The position numbers were made by a program, and so were the translations under genes. Below, one piece after another: positions 20,772-21,209 of a stretch of 21,209 bases of DNA (position 1 is the stretch's first letter; the number at the start of each line of letters is the position of its first letter). The notes under the pieces were generated by a model that did not search any database, was not told where the DNA came from, and saw only the letters and a program-made list of their open reading frames with translations. The stretch comes from Octopus sinensis. Lineage: Eukaryota. The DNA lies in assembly GCF_006345805.1 (NCBI RefSeq), contig NW_021823830.1, positions 1 to 21,209 on the forward strand. Reading direction: 5' to 3'.

Positions 20772-21108
20772 GAAGAAAAATCCTTAGTCAAAGAGAACGA
20801 ATTTGGGATAGTAATGGAAGAGCTAAGACAACGCATCAAGACAATGGCAGGCAAACTTTCCAGATATCAGAAAAGAATAGAGCAATGTCAACTGAAAAGA
20901 TAGTTTGAGACAGACCATTGCAGATTTTATCAACAAATAAATAGTGTAGAAGAAGCTAGTGAAGAATCCTAATGCAGAAGAAGCTAGAAAATTCTGGAGT
21001 GATGCTTGGTATAAGCCAGCTAATCATAATGTGGATGTAGCATGGTTGAAGAAAATGGGGGAAGAAGGGGTTACTGAGAATCAGCATCCAGATCTAAAAA
21101 TAATTAGT
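20772..21108 (+). pseudogene. R4/Dong-like (RLE-type) non-LTR retrotransposon ORF fragment, upstream of RT
   Basis: Translates to MEELRQRIKTMAGKLSRYQKRIEQCQLKR*FETDHCRFYQQI, then after a frameshift PNAEEARKFWSDAWYKPANHNVDVAWLKK. This resembles the recalled R4/Dong motifs ELKQR...K..RY..R.EQ..QNR.F and PD.E....FW..IW....HN..A.WL. Confidence 0.75.
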
Positions 21109-21109
21109 A

Positions 21110-21209
21110 CAGTGGTTCTCAGCCGGGGTCCGGGGTCCGTATAAGATTTTAAGGGATCCACGCCACAAAATAATAAACTAGAGTCTCAAAATAGTATTTT
21201 AGAGCCTCT
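21110..21209 (+). mobile_element. Probable left end of a hAT (Charlie-like) non-autonomous element, cut off by the window
   Basis: Begins CAGTGGTTCTCAGCCGGGGTCC, a typical Charlie-type TIR start. The other end is not visible. Confidence 0.5.

Overview
AT-rich, microsatellite-saturated animal non-coding DNA with no credible host exon. The repeat families look like those of octopod cephalopods; this is my recollection, not a search result. Nearly all listed ORFs are translated microsatellites or repeats. The window holds three tRNA-derived SINE families (about 20 copies, including a six-unit head-to-tail array), a decayed CR1-group LINE split by a SINE, and Tc1 and R4/Dong coding fossils. It also holds a Helitron/Helentron-like element, a hAT-like end, a 519-bp MITE-like inverted repeat and a degenerate TTAGGG tract. 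The standout is a perfect 454-bp palindrome (225-bp arms, TTCG loop, 6446-6899). Each arm carries a complete minimal type I hammerhead ribozyme motif facing outward, probably from a Penelope-like pseudo-LTR. Several other independent fold-back structures occur, including an inverted SINE pair that appears homogenised by gene conversion and a fold-back element whose loop is a tRNA-like T-arm.
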